From Alphaproteobacteria bacterium (GTDB taxonomy: Bacteria > Pseudomonadota > Alphaproteobacteria > Caulobacterales > Hyphomonadaceae), in NCBI GenBank assembly GCA_018830285.1, contig JAHJSB010000012.1, positions 11,433 through 75,432 of the forward strand: a DNA stretch of 64,000 nucleotides, in the 5' to 3' direction. This document shows, in pieces, positions 1-9,378 of this stretch. The notes beneath the pieces are model-generated. The model searched no databases, was not told the origin of the DNA, and worked only from the letters and a program-made list of their open reading frames with translations. The translations under genes were made by a program, and so were the position numbers. The stretch's first letter is position 1. Every line of letters begins with the position of its first letter.

Positions 1-1
1 C

Positions 2-778
2 GGCGTGCCGTCAGCAGACCGTCCCAAGCTGGTCCACTGGATGCATTTCCTGGAAACGTCGCAATACCAGGCCCAGCAAGAAGGCCTCGGCAATGTGAGC
101 ATGGAACAGATGACCAATTTCCTGAACGAGATACAGGCGATGTTCGAGTATGGCCGGCACCTGTTGGCCGAACGCCGGAAGAACCCGCAGCCCGACTTGT
201 TGAGCGCCATCGCCAATGTCGAGATTGACGGCAAGCCGCTGTCGCCGGAATTCCTGGACGGTTCGTGGCTGTTGATCGTGTTCGCGGGCAATGACACGAC
301 GCGGAACTCGCTGACCGGCACGATGAAGCTGCTGACCGAGAACCCGGACCAGAAGAAAAAACTGCAGGCCGATGACAGCCTGTTCCCGAATTTCGTGCAT
401 GAGTCGATCCGCATGGTGAGCCCGGTGACCTATATGCGCCGCACGGCAACGAAGGAGACCGAACTCGGCGGACAGGGCATTGGCGAAGGCGAGAAACTGG
501 TCATGTACTACGCCGCGGCCAATCGCGACCCGGCCAAGTTCGACAATCCGGATACGTATGATATTACCCGCGCCAATGCGAAGGAGCATTTGTCCTTCGG
601 ACACGGCCCTCATGTCTGCCTTGGCCAGCGCGTGGCCAACATGCAGCTGGACGCGGCTTATCGCCAGATCCTGAGTCGCTTCCCGGATATCAAATGGACC
701 GGTGAACAGGAAATCGCGCCGAACAATTTCGTTCATGCGATTTCGAAACTGATGGTCGACATGGGAAAGCCCGCATGA
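2..778 (+). CDS. Cytochrome P450 (5' end lies before the window)
   Basis: I-helix AGNDTT, ExxR (ESIR) and heme-ligand motif FGHGPHVCLG; frame is open from the window start. Confidence 0.95.
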   Translation, partial: GVPSADRPKLVHWMHFLETSQYQAQQEGLGNVSMEQMTNFLNEIQAMFEYGRHLLAERRKNPQPDLLSAIANVEIDGKPLSPEFLDGSWLLIVFAGNDTTRNSLTGTMKLLTENPDQKKKLQADDSLFPNFVHESIRMVSPVTYMRRTATKETELGGQGIGEGEKLVMYYAAANRDPAKFDNPDTYDITRANAKEHLSFGHGPHVCLGQRVANMQLDAAYRQILSRFPDIKWTGEQEIAPNNFVHAISKLMVDMGKPA

Positions 779-1515
779 GTGCGCTGGTCACACGGGAAGA
801 CCGCGACGGGCTGGCCCTGCTGACGCTGAACCGGCCCGACAAGCTGAACTCGCTGACCGTGGGCATGTTCCGGGAACTGCGCGGGCATGTGATAGACCTG
901 AAAAAGGACGAAACGATCGGTTGCGTCGTCCTGCGCGGCGCCGGCCGGTGTTTCTCTGCCGGACATGACCTTGGCGATATCGCCGAAGGCGAAAAGGTGC
1001 CCTCCCCCGGCTGGCATTCCGAGACGCTGCGCATGCTGGAAACACTGCCCCAGCCCGTCATCGCGGCGGTTCACGGCCATTGCTATACGGGCGCGCTGGA
1101 AGTGGCATTGGCGGCCGATTTCATCATTGCTGCGGACAATGCCAAGTTTGGCGACACGCATGCGAAATGGGCGCTGACACCGATCTGGGGCATGAGCCAA
1201 CGCCTTCCGCGGCGTGTTGGCATCGCCACGGCGAAGCGACTGATGTTCACGGCGGAAATGATCGGCGCGGCTGAGGCTTTGCGGATCGGGCTGACCGAAC
1301 AGGTTGTGCCAGCGGCGCAGTTCGATGAGTCGATCGAGGCAATGGCGCGGCAGATTCTCACGAACTCGCCCTTCTCGCACGCAGCCAACAAGCGGCTGCT
1401 CGAAGCAACCGATGCGCGCGACATGGATTCCGGCCTGCAATGGGAAATCCTCAAGAATGAAGGCGTCGGACCTGACATGCAGGCGCGAATCGGCGCCTTC
1501 ATGCGCAAAGAGTAA
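775..1515 (+). CDS. Enoyl-CoA hydratase/isomerase (crotonase) family protein
   Basis: LNRPDKLNSL, FSAGHDL, and an AAVHGHCYTGALE helix; ATGA overlap with the P450 stop. Confidence 0.93.
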   Translation: MSALVTREDRDGLALLTLNRPDKLNSLTVGMFRELRGHVIDLKKDETIGCVVLRGAGRCFSAGHDLGDIAEGEKVPSPGWHSETLRMLETLPQPVIAAVHGHCYTGALEVALAADFIIAADNAKFGDTHAKWALTPIWGMSQRLPRRVGIATAKRLMFTAEMIGAAEALRIGLTEQVVPAAQFDESIEAMARQILTNSPFSHAANKRLLEATDARDMDSGLQWEILKNEGVGPDMQARIGAFMRKE

Positions 1516-1528
1516 GGGGACGCAGACC

Positions 1529-2596
1529 ATGGACTACCTGATCAAGCGCGATGACCTTCGCGACTGCCACTGGGCCGATGCCCCTGTCACCGACCTGGCC
1601 GGCGGCATGGCGCGGCTGCGGGTCGATGCCTTTGCCCTGACGGCGAACAATGTGACCTACGCGACGTTCGGCGAAGCGATGAAGTATTGGGACTTCTTCC
1701 CGGCCAATTCAACCGAGTTCGGCCGCGTGCCCGTATGGGGCTTTGCGACTGTCATCGAGTCCAAGGCAGTCGGCGTCGACACGGGTAGCCGGGTTTATGG
1801 CTACCTGCCGATCTCCGACACGTTTGATGTGCAGCCCGTTCGCGCCAGCAAGGAAAGCTTCATGGACGGCGCCGCTCACCGGCAAGGCCTCGCCCCGATC
1901 TATAATACCTATATCCAGACCGCAGCCGATCCGACGTACGACGCGGCCTTCGAAGCGCAGCAGATGCTGTTCCGGCCCTTGTTCACGACCGGCTGGATGA
2001 TCGATGACTGCCTGATGGAGACCGGCGATCCGGTGCCAGAGACTGTCGTGATCTCGAGCGCATCGTCGAAGACCGCGATGGCGCTGGCGCATTGCCTCCA
2101 GGCGCGCGGCGTTGTCGAGGCGGTTGCGCTGACGTCGCCTCGAAATGTTGCCTATGTCGAAAGCACCGGGCTGTACGCGCGCACGCAGACCTATGACCAG
2201 GTCGACACCATGCACGCGCGCGGGCTGACCGCCTTTGTCGATTTCCTGGGCCGTCCATCGCTGACAGCGGACGTGCACAATGCCCTGAAAGACCGGCTGG
2301 TGCGCAGCCTTGTGATCGGCGTGACGGACTGGGAAGGCAACCGGGCCCCGATCAGCCTGCCTGACCCGCAACCGGAATTCTTCTTCGTTCCCACCTATGC
2401 GGCGGAACGGGCCAAGGTGCTGGGGGCAGATGTCCTCAACAAGCGGCTCGGTGCCTCGCTCACATCCTTCTACCGCGCGTCATCGGCTTTCGTGACGCCG
2501 CAGGAAACGTCCGGCATGGATGCCATCGACACGGCGTGGCACGATACGATCGAAGGCAAGGTGAGCCCGGCGACAGGCCTGGTACTCAGTTTCTGA
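1529..2596 (+). CDS. DUF2855 family protein
   Basis: ATG at 1529 after AAGGGG. FALTANNVTYA...YWDFFP...GRVPVWGFA and SSASSKTA motifs recalled for DUF2855. The 1304 start in the track overlaps the upstream gene. Confidence 0.8.
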   Translation: MDYLIKRDDLRDCHWADAPVTDLAGGMARLRVDAFALTANNVTYATFGEAMKYWDFFPANSTEFGRVPVWGFATVIESKAVGVDTGSRVYGYLPISDTFDVQPVRASKESFMDGAAHRQGLAPIYNTYIQTAADPTYDAAFEAQQMLFRPLFTTGWMIDDCLMETGDPVPETVVISSASSKTAMALAHCLQARGVVEAVALTSPRNVAYVESTGLYARTQTYDQVDTMHARGLTAFVDFLGRPSLTADVHNALKDRLVRSLVIGVTDWEGNRAPISLPDPQPEFFFVPTYAAERAKVLGADVLNKRLGASLTSFYRASSAFVTPQETSGMDAIDTAWHDTIEGKVSPATGLVLSF

Positions 2597-2602
2597 CGTG
2601 CC

Positions 2603-3484
2603 TCAGGGGCGACGGGAAAGCCTGAATTCGGTCCGGGCGTTTCGGCCCCAGGCCTCATAGGTTTCCGCCGTGTCCAGCGGCACGCTCTCACCGTAACCAA
2701 CAGCCGTCAGCTGGTCGATCGATACGCCTTTTTCCAGCAGGTACTGACGAACGGCATCGGCGCGCTTTTGCGACAGGACCTGATTGTATTCGTTCGAACC
2801 GCGGGAATCGGTGTGCGAGCCGATTTCGACGGCATACTCGTCGCAGAGCATGGAAACCCCGGCCACAGCATCCAGAAGGCCCATGCTCACAGGTGAAATG
2901 TCGCCGCGATTGGTGGGGAACTGGATCTTCTGGCCCTCCATGGCCTGGTTCAGCGCCAGCTGGCAGGAATCCTGGGAGATGACGCCCTGAGCGAGGGCCG
3001 CGAGGCTTTCACCCGGACCCCGTTCGCCGCTTTCGACGCCAATGCCATCCACGATCAAGGTGATCTCGGCTGACCCCATGGAGTCTGCCTGCAAGGCGGC
3101 GGTTCCCATTTCGAGGGCACGTCGCTTGGCGTCGGCGTCTGGCGCGAGGCCTGTGAGCGTTGCGACATTCTCACGTACGACAAGCCCCATCCAGGGGAAT
3201 CCCGCCGCAGTGAAGGCGTTCTCGATTTCACCTACCCATCCGGTTGATGCCCGCGTCACCCGTTCGACGACCTGCGGCTGGAGCGCTGCAGCGGCGGTGA
3301 ACTTGCCGTTTTCGAAGATATACATGCCTTCTGCAATGGTGATGCATTCGCCGCCATTGGCGGCCGATGCGTCAGCGGTGATGGCCATGCCAGGCGTCTT
3401 ATCGCCGCCACAGGCCGCGAGGCCGATCAGGGCCGTTGAAGCGAGGACGCGACATAGCGAGGCGTGGAAATTTTGCATGCCCAA
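2603..3484 (-). CDS. OmpA-family lipoprotein with BON-like domain
   Basis: Lipobox LAAC; C-terminal OmpA motifs HTDSRG...NQVLSQKRADAV...GYGE...NARTEF; central VATLTGLAP segment is BON-like. Confidence 0.85.
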   Translation of the reverse strand: MGMQNFHASLCRVLASTALIGLAACGGDKTPGMAITADASAANGGECITIAEGMYIFENGKFTAAAALQPQVVERVTRASTGWVGEIENAFTAAGFPWMGLVVRENVATLTGLAPDADAKRRALEMGTAALQADSMGSAEITLIVDGIGVESGERGPGESLAALAQGVISQDSCQLALNQAMEGQKIQFPTNRGDISPVSMGLLDAVAGVSMLCDEYAVEIGSHTDSRGSNEYNQVLSQKRADAVRQYLLEKGVSIDQLTAVGYGESVPLDTAETYEAWGRNARTEFRLSRRP

Positions 3485-3572
3485 TTTTCAATCCTTTGCC
3501 GCGCAATGTCAAAATGCTTCGCGGATTAGGCGAGGGCGATGCATTTTCCGGGCCAGAATTGTGCCGGCCTGC

Positions 3573-4865
3573 CTAATCCAGGCTTTTGTAGACCCGCCCG
3601 CCTTTCATCACGAAATCCACCGATTCCAGCTCTGAGATCTTTTTGAGCGGATCAGCCGTCACCGCGACGAGATCGGCGTATTTGCCGGCCTCGAGCGTGC
3701 CGATGTCGGCGTCCATTTCGAGATGCTTCGATGCGACCACCGTAGCGGCGCGGATGGCCTCTTCCGGCGTGAACCCCGCCTCGACCATGAGCGCGAACTC
3801 TTTCGCGTTGTCGCCATGGCGCGAGACGCCGGTATCTGTGCCGAAGGCGACATTCACGCCGCCTTCATGGGCCCGGCGCAGCATGTCGAGCATGAGCGGG
3901 CCGACAATGGCGGCTTTCTTGCGCGAGGCTTCCGGCAGCCAGGGCTCGTTGGTCCAGCCGGTGACGGTGACGCCGGCCAGGACGGTCGGGATCAGCGTGG
4001 CGTTGTGTTCCCGGAACAGGGCGATCGTCTCGTCGTCGAGATAGGTGCCGTGTTCGATGGAATCGATGCCGGCGCGCAGGGCGGCGTCAATGCCGGCCTT
4101 GCCGTGGGCGTGGCCGGTGACCTGGCGTCCCATGGCATGCGCGGCCTCGACGATGGAACTGAGCTCGTCATTGCTGAATTGCTGTTCGAGACCGGCGGAT
4201 GTGTTGGACAGGACGCCGCCGGTCGCCGTGATCTTGATGACGTCGGCGCCGTCCTTGACCTGCTGGCGCACGGCCCGGCGGCAATCATCGGCGCCATTGC
4301 AGATATTGGTGCCGGTAAAGAGTTTCATGACCGGCGAGGAATAGCCGTTCACGTCGCCATGGCCGCCGGTGATGGAGATCGCCTGCCCGGCGGCGCGCAT
4401 GCGCGGGCCGGGTACGGCGCCGCGGGCGATGGCGTCGCGCAGGCCGAAGACAGAGTCATTGGAACCGCCGACATCCTGCACGGTGGTGAAACCGGCCTCG
4501 AGCGTCTTGAGCGCGTAGGCGGCCCCGTCAAAGGCCGTGTCGACCGAGGAATCGGTAAACTCCTTGATACGGCCCTCCGGGCCGTTCTCGCTGGTGATGT
4601 GGACGTGGCTGTCGATCAGGCCGGGCACGACATAGGCGGTCTTGAGGTCGATGACCGGCACGCCCTTCTTGCCGGACTTGTAGCCCGGCTGGATGGAGAC
4701 GATGCGCCCGTCTTTCACATTGATCGTCTGTTGCGTGAGATAGCCTTCGCCGGGCACGGCCAGGACATGACCCGCGTGGATCGTCGCGTCCTGCGCGCTG
4801 GCGGCACCCGCCGCGACAATGCAGGCGGCGGAGACGGCGAGGGATTTCAAAAGCGCATTCTTCAT
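3573..4865 (-). CDS. Secreted metal-dependent amidohydrolase (Xaa-Pro dipeptidase/carboxypeptidase-like)
   Basis: Signal peptide MKNALLK...ASAQ; PGLIDSHVH, IKITATGG, HAHG, IEHG and FGTD motifs. Confidence 0.9.
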   Translation of the reverse strand: MKNALLKSLAVSAACIVAAGAASAQDATIHAGHVLAVPGEGYLTQQTINVKDGRIVSIQPGYKSGKKGVPVIDLKTAYVVPGLIDSHVHITSENGPEGRIKEFTDSSVDTAFDGAAYALKTLEAGFTTVQDVGGSNDSVFGLRDAIARGAVPGPRMRAAGQAISITGGHGDVNGYSSPVMKLFTGTNICNGADDCRRAVRQQVKDGADVIKITATGGVLSNTSAGLEQQFSNDELSSIVEAAHAMGRQVTGHAHGKAGIDAALRAGIDSIEHGTYLDDETIALFREHNATLIPTVLAGVTVTGWTNEPWLPEASRKKAAIVGPLMLDMLRRAHEGGVNVAFGTDTGVSRHGDNAKEFALMVEAGFTPEEAIRAATVVASKHLEMDADIGTLEAGKYADLVAVTADPLKKISELESVDFVMKGGRVYKSLD

Positions 4866-4879
4866 CGGTGTGGCCTTTC

Positions 4880-5917
4880 TCAGGGTTTCAGGATCATCTT
4901 CATGGCGCCGTTCTCGCGGGCGTCGAACATCCGGTAGGCTTCGGCCCCTTCGGACAGGGGCATATGGTGCGTGATGGTCCGCTCGGGGCGCAACTTGCCG
5001 GCCAGGACGAGCGGGACCAGTTCGGGCCACTGGGCCGGCACGGAACAGGTGCCGGTCCGGAACGTGAGCCCCTTGATGAATGCCAGCGCCATGGGGAACT
5101 TGAAATCCATCGTCTGGTTGACGCCGATGCACGACACGGTGCCCGCATTGCGCGCGAGCTTCATGGACAGGTGGATGGCGGCGTCCGCACCGACGCATTC
5201 GACGACGCTGTCACACATGCGGCCCGAGGTGAGTTCGGTGATCCGGTCACGCGCCTCGGCGGCGTCAAAGGCGATCGCGCCGATCTCTTCGGCAAGCTGG
5301 CGACGCTCGGGCACCAGATCGACGGCAAATACGCGGGCTGCGCCCATCAGGAACGCGCCTTCGACAGCCATCAGCCCGATCGGGCCGCATCCGACGACCG
5401 CCACGGTGCTGCCAGGCCGGATATCGGCATTCTTCAGACCGAACCAGGCCGTCGGGAGATTGTCGGTCAGGAGGACCGCCTGGTCTTCGGTTACGCCGTC
5501 AGGAATTTTGGCAAGGCCAAAATCGGCGACAGGCACCATCGTGTACTCGGCCTGGACGCCCTGCAATTTGGGGCCGAGCCCGTAGCAACGCGCGCCCGAG
5601 GTCTCGCATTGCGTGACATTGCCCGCCATGCAGGACGGGCAGGCGCCGCAGCCGACGGCCGCCGAGATCATCACACGGTCGCCCGGCTTGAAGCGGGACA
5701 CGGCGCTGCCGGTTTCGATGACTTCGCCGACCGCTTCATGGCCGACGCAATAGCCATTCGTCTCGGAAAATCCGTGACCCTGATAGATGTGGAGGTCAGA
5801 CCCGCAGATACCGCAGGCCGTGATTTTCACGATGGCGCTGCGGGTGTCTTCGGGTTCCGGCACCGGGGCGTCGTCGAAGACGATGTCCCGTGCGCCGCGA
5901 TAGAGGAGACCTTTCAT
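4880..5917 (-). CDS. Zinc-dependent alcohol dehydrogenase (MDR family)
   Basis: CGSDLH, GHE, structural Zn CGACPSC...C, Rossmann GCGPIG; start MKGLLY at 5917. Confidence 0.92.
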   Translation of the reverse strand: MKGLLYRGARDIVFDDAPVPEPEDTRSAIVKITACGICGSDLHIYQGHGFSETNGYCVGHEAVGEVIETGSAVSRFKPGDRVMISAAVGCGACPSCMAGNVTQCETSGARCYGLGPKLQGVQAEYTMVPVADFGLAKIPDGVTEDQAVLLTDNLPTAWFGLKNADIRPGSTVAVVGCGPIGLMAVEGAFLMGAARVFAVDLVPERRQLAEEIGAIAFDAAEARDRITELTSGRMCDSVVECVGADAAIHLSMKLARNAGTVSCIGVNQTMDFKFPMALAFIKGLTFRTGTCSVPAQWPELVPLVLAGKLRPERTITHHMPLSEGAEAYRMFDARENGAMKMILKP

Positions 5918-5948
5918 GAGGCGCTGTCCTTGTCGGTTGTATTGGGTT

Positions 5949-6860
5949 TCAGGCTGGCAGCTTGTCGGCCGGATAGTGCGGGTAGCTGGCCTTGAGAACA
6001 CCGTGGTTTAGCAGCGTTTCCGCGACCTGTTTCGTTCCTGTCGAATCGAAGATGCGCGTGCGAATCCAGTAGTTCTCGGCGCGGCGGCTGGCTGAGAGCG
6101 CAACGACCTCACGGCGCAGGATATAGTCTTCGCCGACAAAGAGCGGGCCGTCGATCATGCGCATTTCGAGGTCGGCGAAGAGGCCGATGGAGGGGTGCTT
6201 GACCGGCCAGTTGGCCATGCCGCCGGTATAGTTGGCGAGCACGCTGACCATTTCGAGCGGGATGACCGGGCGGCCCCAGGGCGACGCCTTGGCATCGCTG
6301 TACCAGTCGCTCGGCTCGGTGATGACAGCCAGCTTCTGTGCCAGGCTGAACGGGTAGAGATTGCCCATGTGCTGATCGGCGCCCATGCGGACGTGCTCGT
6401 CCTTGTCGGTCTTCAAACCGACTTTCATGTCTGCGAGGATAACAAGATCATCGGCGGGGCGGAGCTTCGCCATGCGGGCCTCAAGCAGGGTTTCGCCATG
6501 GTCCGGGCCGAGCGTGGCGCTGGCTTCCAGTACCGGCGTGCCGTCTTCCTTTTCGGCCCAGCATTTGGCGCGGGTTGCGCCGGGCGCCGGACGCTCGACA
6601 AAGGCGCGGACCTTCTCGCCCTCGAACACCATGTTCAGGAAGTGCGTCGAGAGGCAGCCGCGCTCGAACCAGTCCTTGCCCCATATGTCGTGGAGTATTG
6701 GCACGAATTGCTGGAAATGCGTCGGGCCTTCGATCGGGCCGGCCTTGATACCAAGGCGCTCGGCTTCCGCATCGTCATGCAGCGACTTGTGACCGCCATA
6801 GGATTGCTCCTGCAGCATCTGTGCGGGAGCGCAAAGCGGGCCTGTCAGTATATCGCTCAT
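5949..6860 (-). CDS. Hypothetical protein, probable double hot-dog (MaoC-like) fold
   Basis: Long ORF co-oriented with the ADH. Two segments resemble hot-dog repeats (GPIEGPTHF...FLNMVFEGEKV; RPVIPLEM...GPLFVGEDY). Confidence 0.6.
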   Translation of the reverse strand: MSDILTGPLCAPAQMLQEQSYGGHKSLHDDAEAERLGIKAGPIEGPTHFQQFVPILHDIWGKDWFERGCLSTHFLNMVFEGEKVRAFVERPAPGATRAKCWAEKEDGTPVLEASATLGPDHGETLLEARMAKLRPADDLVILADMKVGLKTDKDEHVRMGADQHMGNLYPFSLAQKLAVITEPSDWYSDAKASPWGRPVIPLEMVSVLANYTGGMANWPVKHPSIGLFADLEMRMIDGPLFVGEDYILRREVVALSASRRAENYWIRTRIFDSTGTKQVAETLLNHGVLKASYPHYPADKLPA

Positions 6861-6926
6861 GTGATCTTCCTTTCGGTGAATAGTGTCATCTTCCCCGGCA
6901 TGCGTCACCTTCCAAGCCGCGCACCG

Positions 6927-8147
6927 CTAGTCCGGTGCGCCGCCCGCAGCAACTGTCTCAGCATCGATGGCGCGTTGTACTGTCTTGTAAAATTCCCGGC
7001 GCGCATCGAACTCGCCGTCCTTGTCGCCGAGCGCCGATGTCCAGCTGCTGTTTGACGCGATGACCAGCTTGCGCGCCGAATCGATAAAGATGCCCTGCCC
7101 AAAGATTCCGTCGCCCTGGAACGAGCCGTCGTCCCATGTCCACCACTGGTAGCCATAGCCCTCGCCAGCTGCGCCATAATCGACCTGCTTGCGCGTCGCG
7201 TCGTCCAGCCAGCCGTCCGGCAGGACCGGCTCGCCGCCCGCGATGCCGCCATCGAGGATGAACAGTCCGAAGCGGGCAAAATCGCGCACCGACGCCTGAA
7301 TGCAGCAGCCGCTGATCTCATGCCCATCCGTGCCGAGCAGCCAGGATGCGTCCTGCTGCATGCCATAGGGCCGCCAGACCTTTTCCGAAAGGTAATCAGC
7401 GAGTTGCCTGCCGGTCGCACGACTGACGAGCACACCGATCAGATTGGTCTCGCCCGTGGAATAGTGCCAGACTTCGCCCGGCGGATGCGCGCGCGCCAGC
7501 GTCGCCATATAGCTCGCGACCGCGCTTTTCCCGGATTCGACCACCTGCGCGTCGAAACGCGCAACGTCGGATTCCGGATCATCATAATCCTCGTTCCACG
7601 CAATTCCGGATGTCATGGTCAGCAATTGCGCAACCGTGACGCCATCATAGGCTGACCCGCGAAGCTCCTCGATATATTCCGTCAACGGATCTTCAATGCT
7701 CTTGATTGCGCCATCCGCGACGGCGGCGCCCACAAGGGTCGAGGTCAGTGACTTTGCAACGGAGAAGCTTGTCCACCGCCCGTCTGGCCGAAAGTGAAGC
7801 CCGTAACGCTCCAGCCGCACAGCACCATCCTGAACCACAACCAGCCCTGCCGTCCGGTTCGCAACCAGATATGCATCCATGTCCATGTCGAGCACCAACG
7901 GAGCGCCTTCCGGCAGCGGATGCACGTCATCCCCTGCGGCGACCGGGCGCGACTTGATGATGAATGGCACGCGATCCAGCATGCGCAAGCCTGCATCGCG
8001 CTGATCCAGATTCCAGAACAGGATATCCCGGCCATAGGGCTGATGCCCCAGGAAGGCACGCCAGTCCGGCCCGATCAGGCCCCAGCCGATCGCTCCAGCC
8101 ACGCCGAGCGCCGCAATGCCGATGCCCACGCGTCGCATGATTCCCAC
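6927..8147 (-). CDS. Serine hydrolase, beta-lactamase class C / 6-aminohexanoate-dimer hydrolase family
   Basis: SxxK (FSVAKS), LLTMTSG, WHYSTGET, YGYQWW; N-terminal hydrophobic anchor. Confidence 0.9.
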   Translation of the reverse strand: MGIMRRVGIGIAALGVAGAIGWGLIGPDWRAFLGHQPYGRDILFWNLDQRDAGLRMLDRVPFIIKSRPVAAGDDVHPLPEGAPLVLDMDMDAYLVANRTAGLVVVQDGAVRLERYGLHFRPDGRWTSFSVAKSLTSTLVGAAVADGAIKSIEDPLTEYIEELRGSAYDGVTVAQLLTMTSGIAWNEDYDDPESDVARFDAQVVESGKSAVASYMATLARAHPPGEVWHYSTGETNLIGVLVSRATGRQLADYLSEKVWRPYGMQQDASWLLGTDGHEISGCCIQASVRDFARFGLFILDGGIAGGEPVLPDGWLDDATRKQVDYGAAGEGYGYQWWTWDDGSFQGDGIFGQGIFIDSARKLVIASNSSWTSALGDKDGEFDARREFYKTVQRAIDAETVAAGGAPD

Positions 8148-8182
8148 CGTCTATGCCCCCATCTTCTTTGTACGAATTGGAC

Positions 8183-9271
8183 CTATCCCGGCATGCCTGC
8201 CTTGCGCGCGTATTGAGCCGCAAACTGCGCCAGCGGGACGACCCGTGCCGCATTCGATTCGGCGTTGGCGCTGTTGGCCGTGCCGTCGCGTACGCGTCCG
8301 ACAATACCCTGAAGGATGCCGGCGAGACGGAAGGCGTTGTAGGCGAAGTAATAGTCGAGCTCCGGCAGGCCATCGCGACCTGTGTGCGCGCAATACATCG
8401 CGACATACTCCTCCATGGTCGGAATGCCCCAGGCCTTGAGGTCGGGAATCGCGGAGAGCGATCCGCGGCTGGCGTCGCCCTGTGGCATGACCCAGTTCAT
8501 CAGGTGGTAGGAGAAATCGGCCAGCGGATCACCGAGGGTCGAGAGTTCCCAGTCGAGCACGGCGATCACTTTCGGTTCGGTCGGATGGAGCACCATATTG
8601 TCGAGACGGTAATCGCCATGGACGATGGTCGTCTTGTCACCCGGCGGGATGTTCTTGGGCAGCCATTCGATCAGCTGTTCCATCTCCGGAATGTGCATCG
8701 TTTCCGATGCCCGGTACTGCTTGGTCCAGCGGTGGACCTGACGGGCGACATAATCGCCTTCCTTGCCAAAGCCTTCGAGACCCGCCTTCTTCCAGTCGAC
8801 ATTGTGCAGGTCGGCAAGGGTCTTGATCTTTGCTTCGTAGATCTTGTGACGCATGGCGGGTTCATAGTCAGGCAGGGTGCCGTCCCAGAGAATGCGGCCT
8901 TCGACCATGTCCATGACATAGAAGATCGTGCCGACAACGCTCTCGTCCATGCACAGGCCATAGGGTCGTGCGACCGGGTAACCGAGAGGGTAGAGCGCGT
9001 CGATGACACGGAATTCGCGGTCGACTGCATGCGCGCTGGGCAGAAGATTGCCCGGCGGCTTGCGGCGCATGACGTATTTCTTCTTCGGCGTGACCAGCTG
9101 ATAGGTCGGATTCGACTGGCCGCCCTTAAACTGGCGGACCTCCAGAGGGCCTTCATAACCTTCGACATTGGCTTCCATCCAGGCAGCCAGGTTCGCCTCG
9201 TCGAACTTGTGGGAATCCACTACGGATTTGGTGCCTGTGAACAGGTCCTGTGCAGTTTCTGTCTCTGCCAT
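8183..9271 (-). CDS. Phosphotransferase family protein (APH/ACAD10-like)
   Basis: FKGGQSNPTY, SAHAVDRE, HGDYRLDN, LDWELSTLGDP. Confidence 0.92.
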   Translation of the reverse strand: MAETETAQDLFTGTKSVVDSHKFDEANLAAWMEANVEGYEGPLEVRQFKGGQSNPTYQLVTPKKKYVMRRKPPGNLLPSAHAVDREFRVIDALYPLGYPVARPYGLCMDESVVGTIFYVMDMVEGRILWDGTLPDYEPAMRHKIYEAKIKTLADLHNVDWKKAGLEGFGKEGDYVARQVHRWTKQYRASETMHIPEMEQLIEWLPKNIPPGDKTTIVHGDYRLDNMVLHPTEPKVIAVLDWELSTLGDPLADFSYHLMNWVMPQGDASRGSLSAIPDLKAWGIPTMEEYVAMYCAHTGRDGLPELDYYFAYNAFRLAGILQGIVGRVRDGTANSANAESNAARVVPLAQFAAQYARKAGMPG

Positions 9272-9378
9272 GGGGTCGCTCTCGCTTTTGATGTTTCCTC
9301 CCTGACACCATAACCGGCCACTGCCGCGTGCCAAGACCTGCCGTAACGTCGCCACATTTTCCGGACACATTGCTTGGG

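Noticed and set aside
3573-5198. Apparent ADH-amidohydrolase fusion (541-aa ORF)
   Set aside because: The extension is an off-frame read-through over the ADH gene; the true start is MKNALLK at 4865 with a signal peptide.
4868-5995. Long antisense/shadow ORFs (e.g. 4868-5995 +, 8153-9313 +, 11255-12496 -, 20174-21331 +, 40190-41374 +, 47813-48769 +, 61391-62494 +)
   Set aside because: Each mirrors a well-supported gene on the opposite strand and has no recognisable motifs; this is expected in high-GC DNA.
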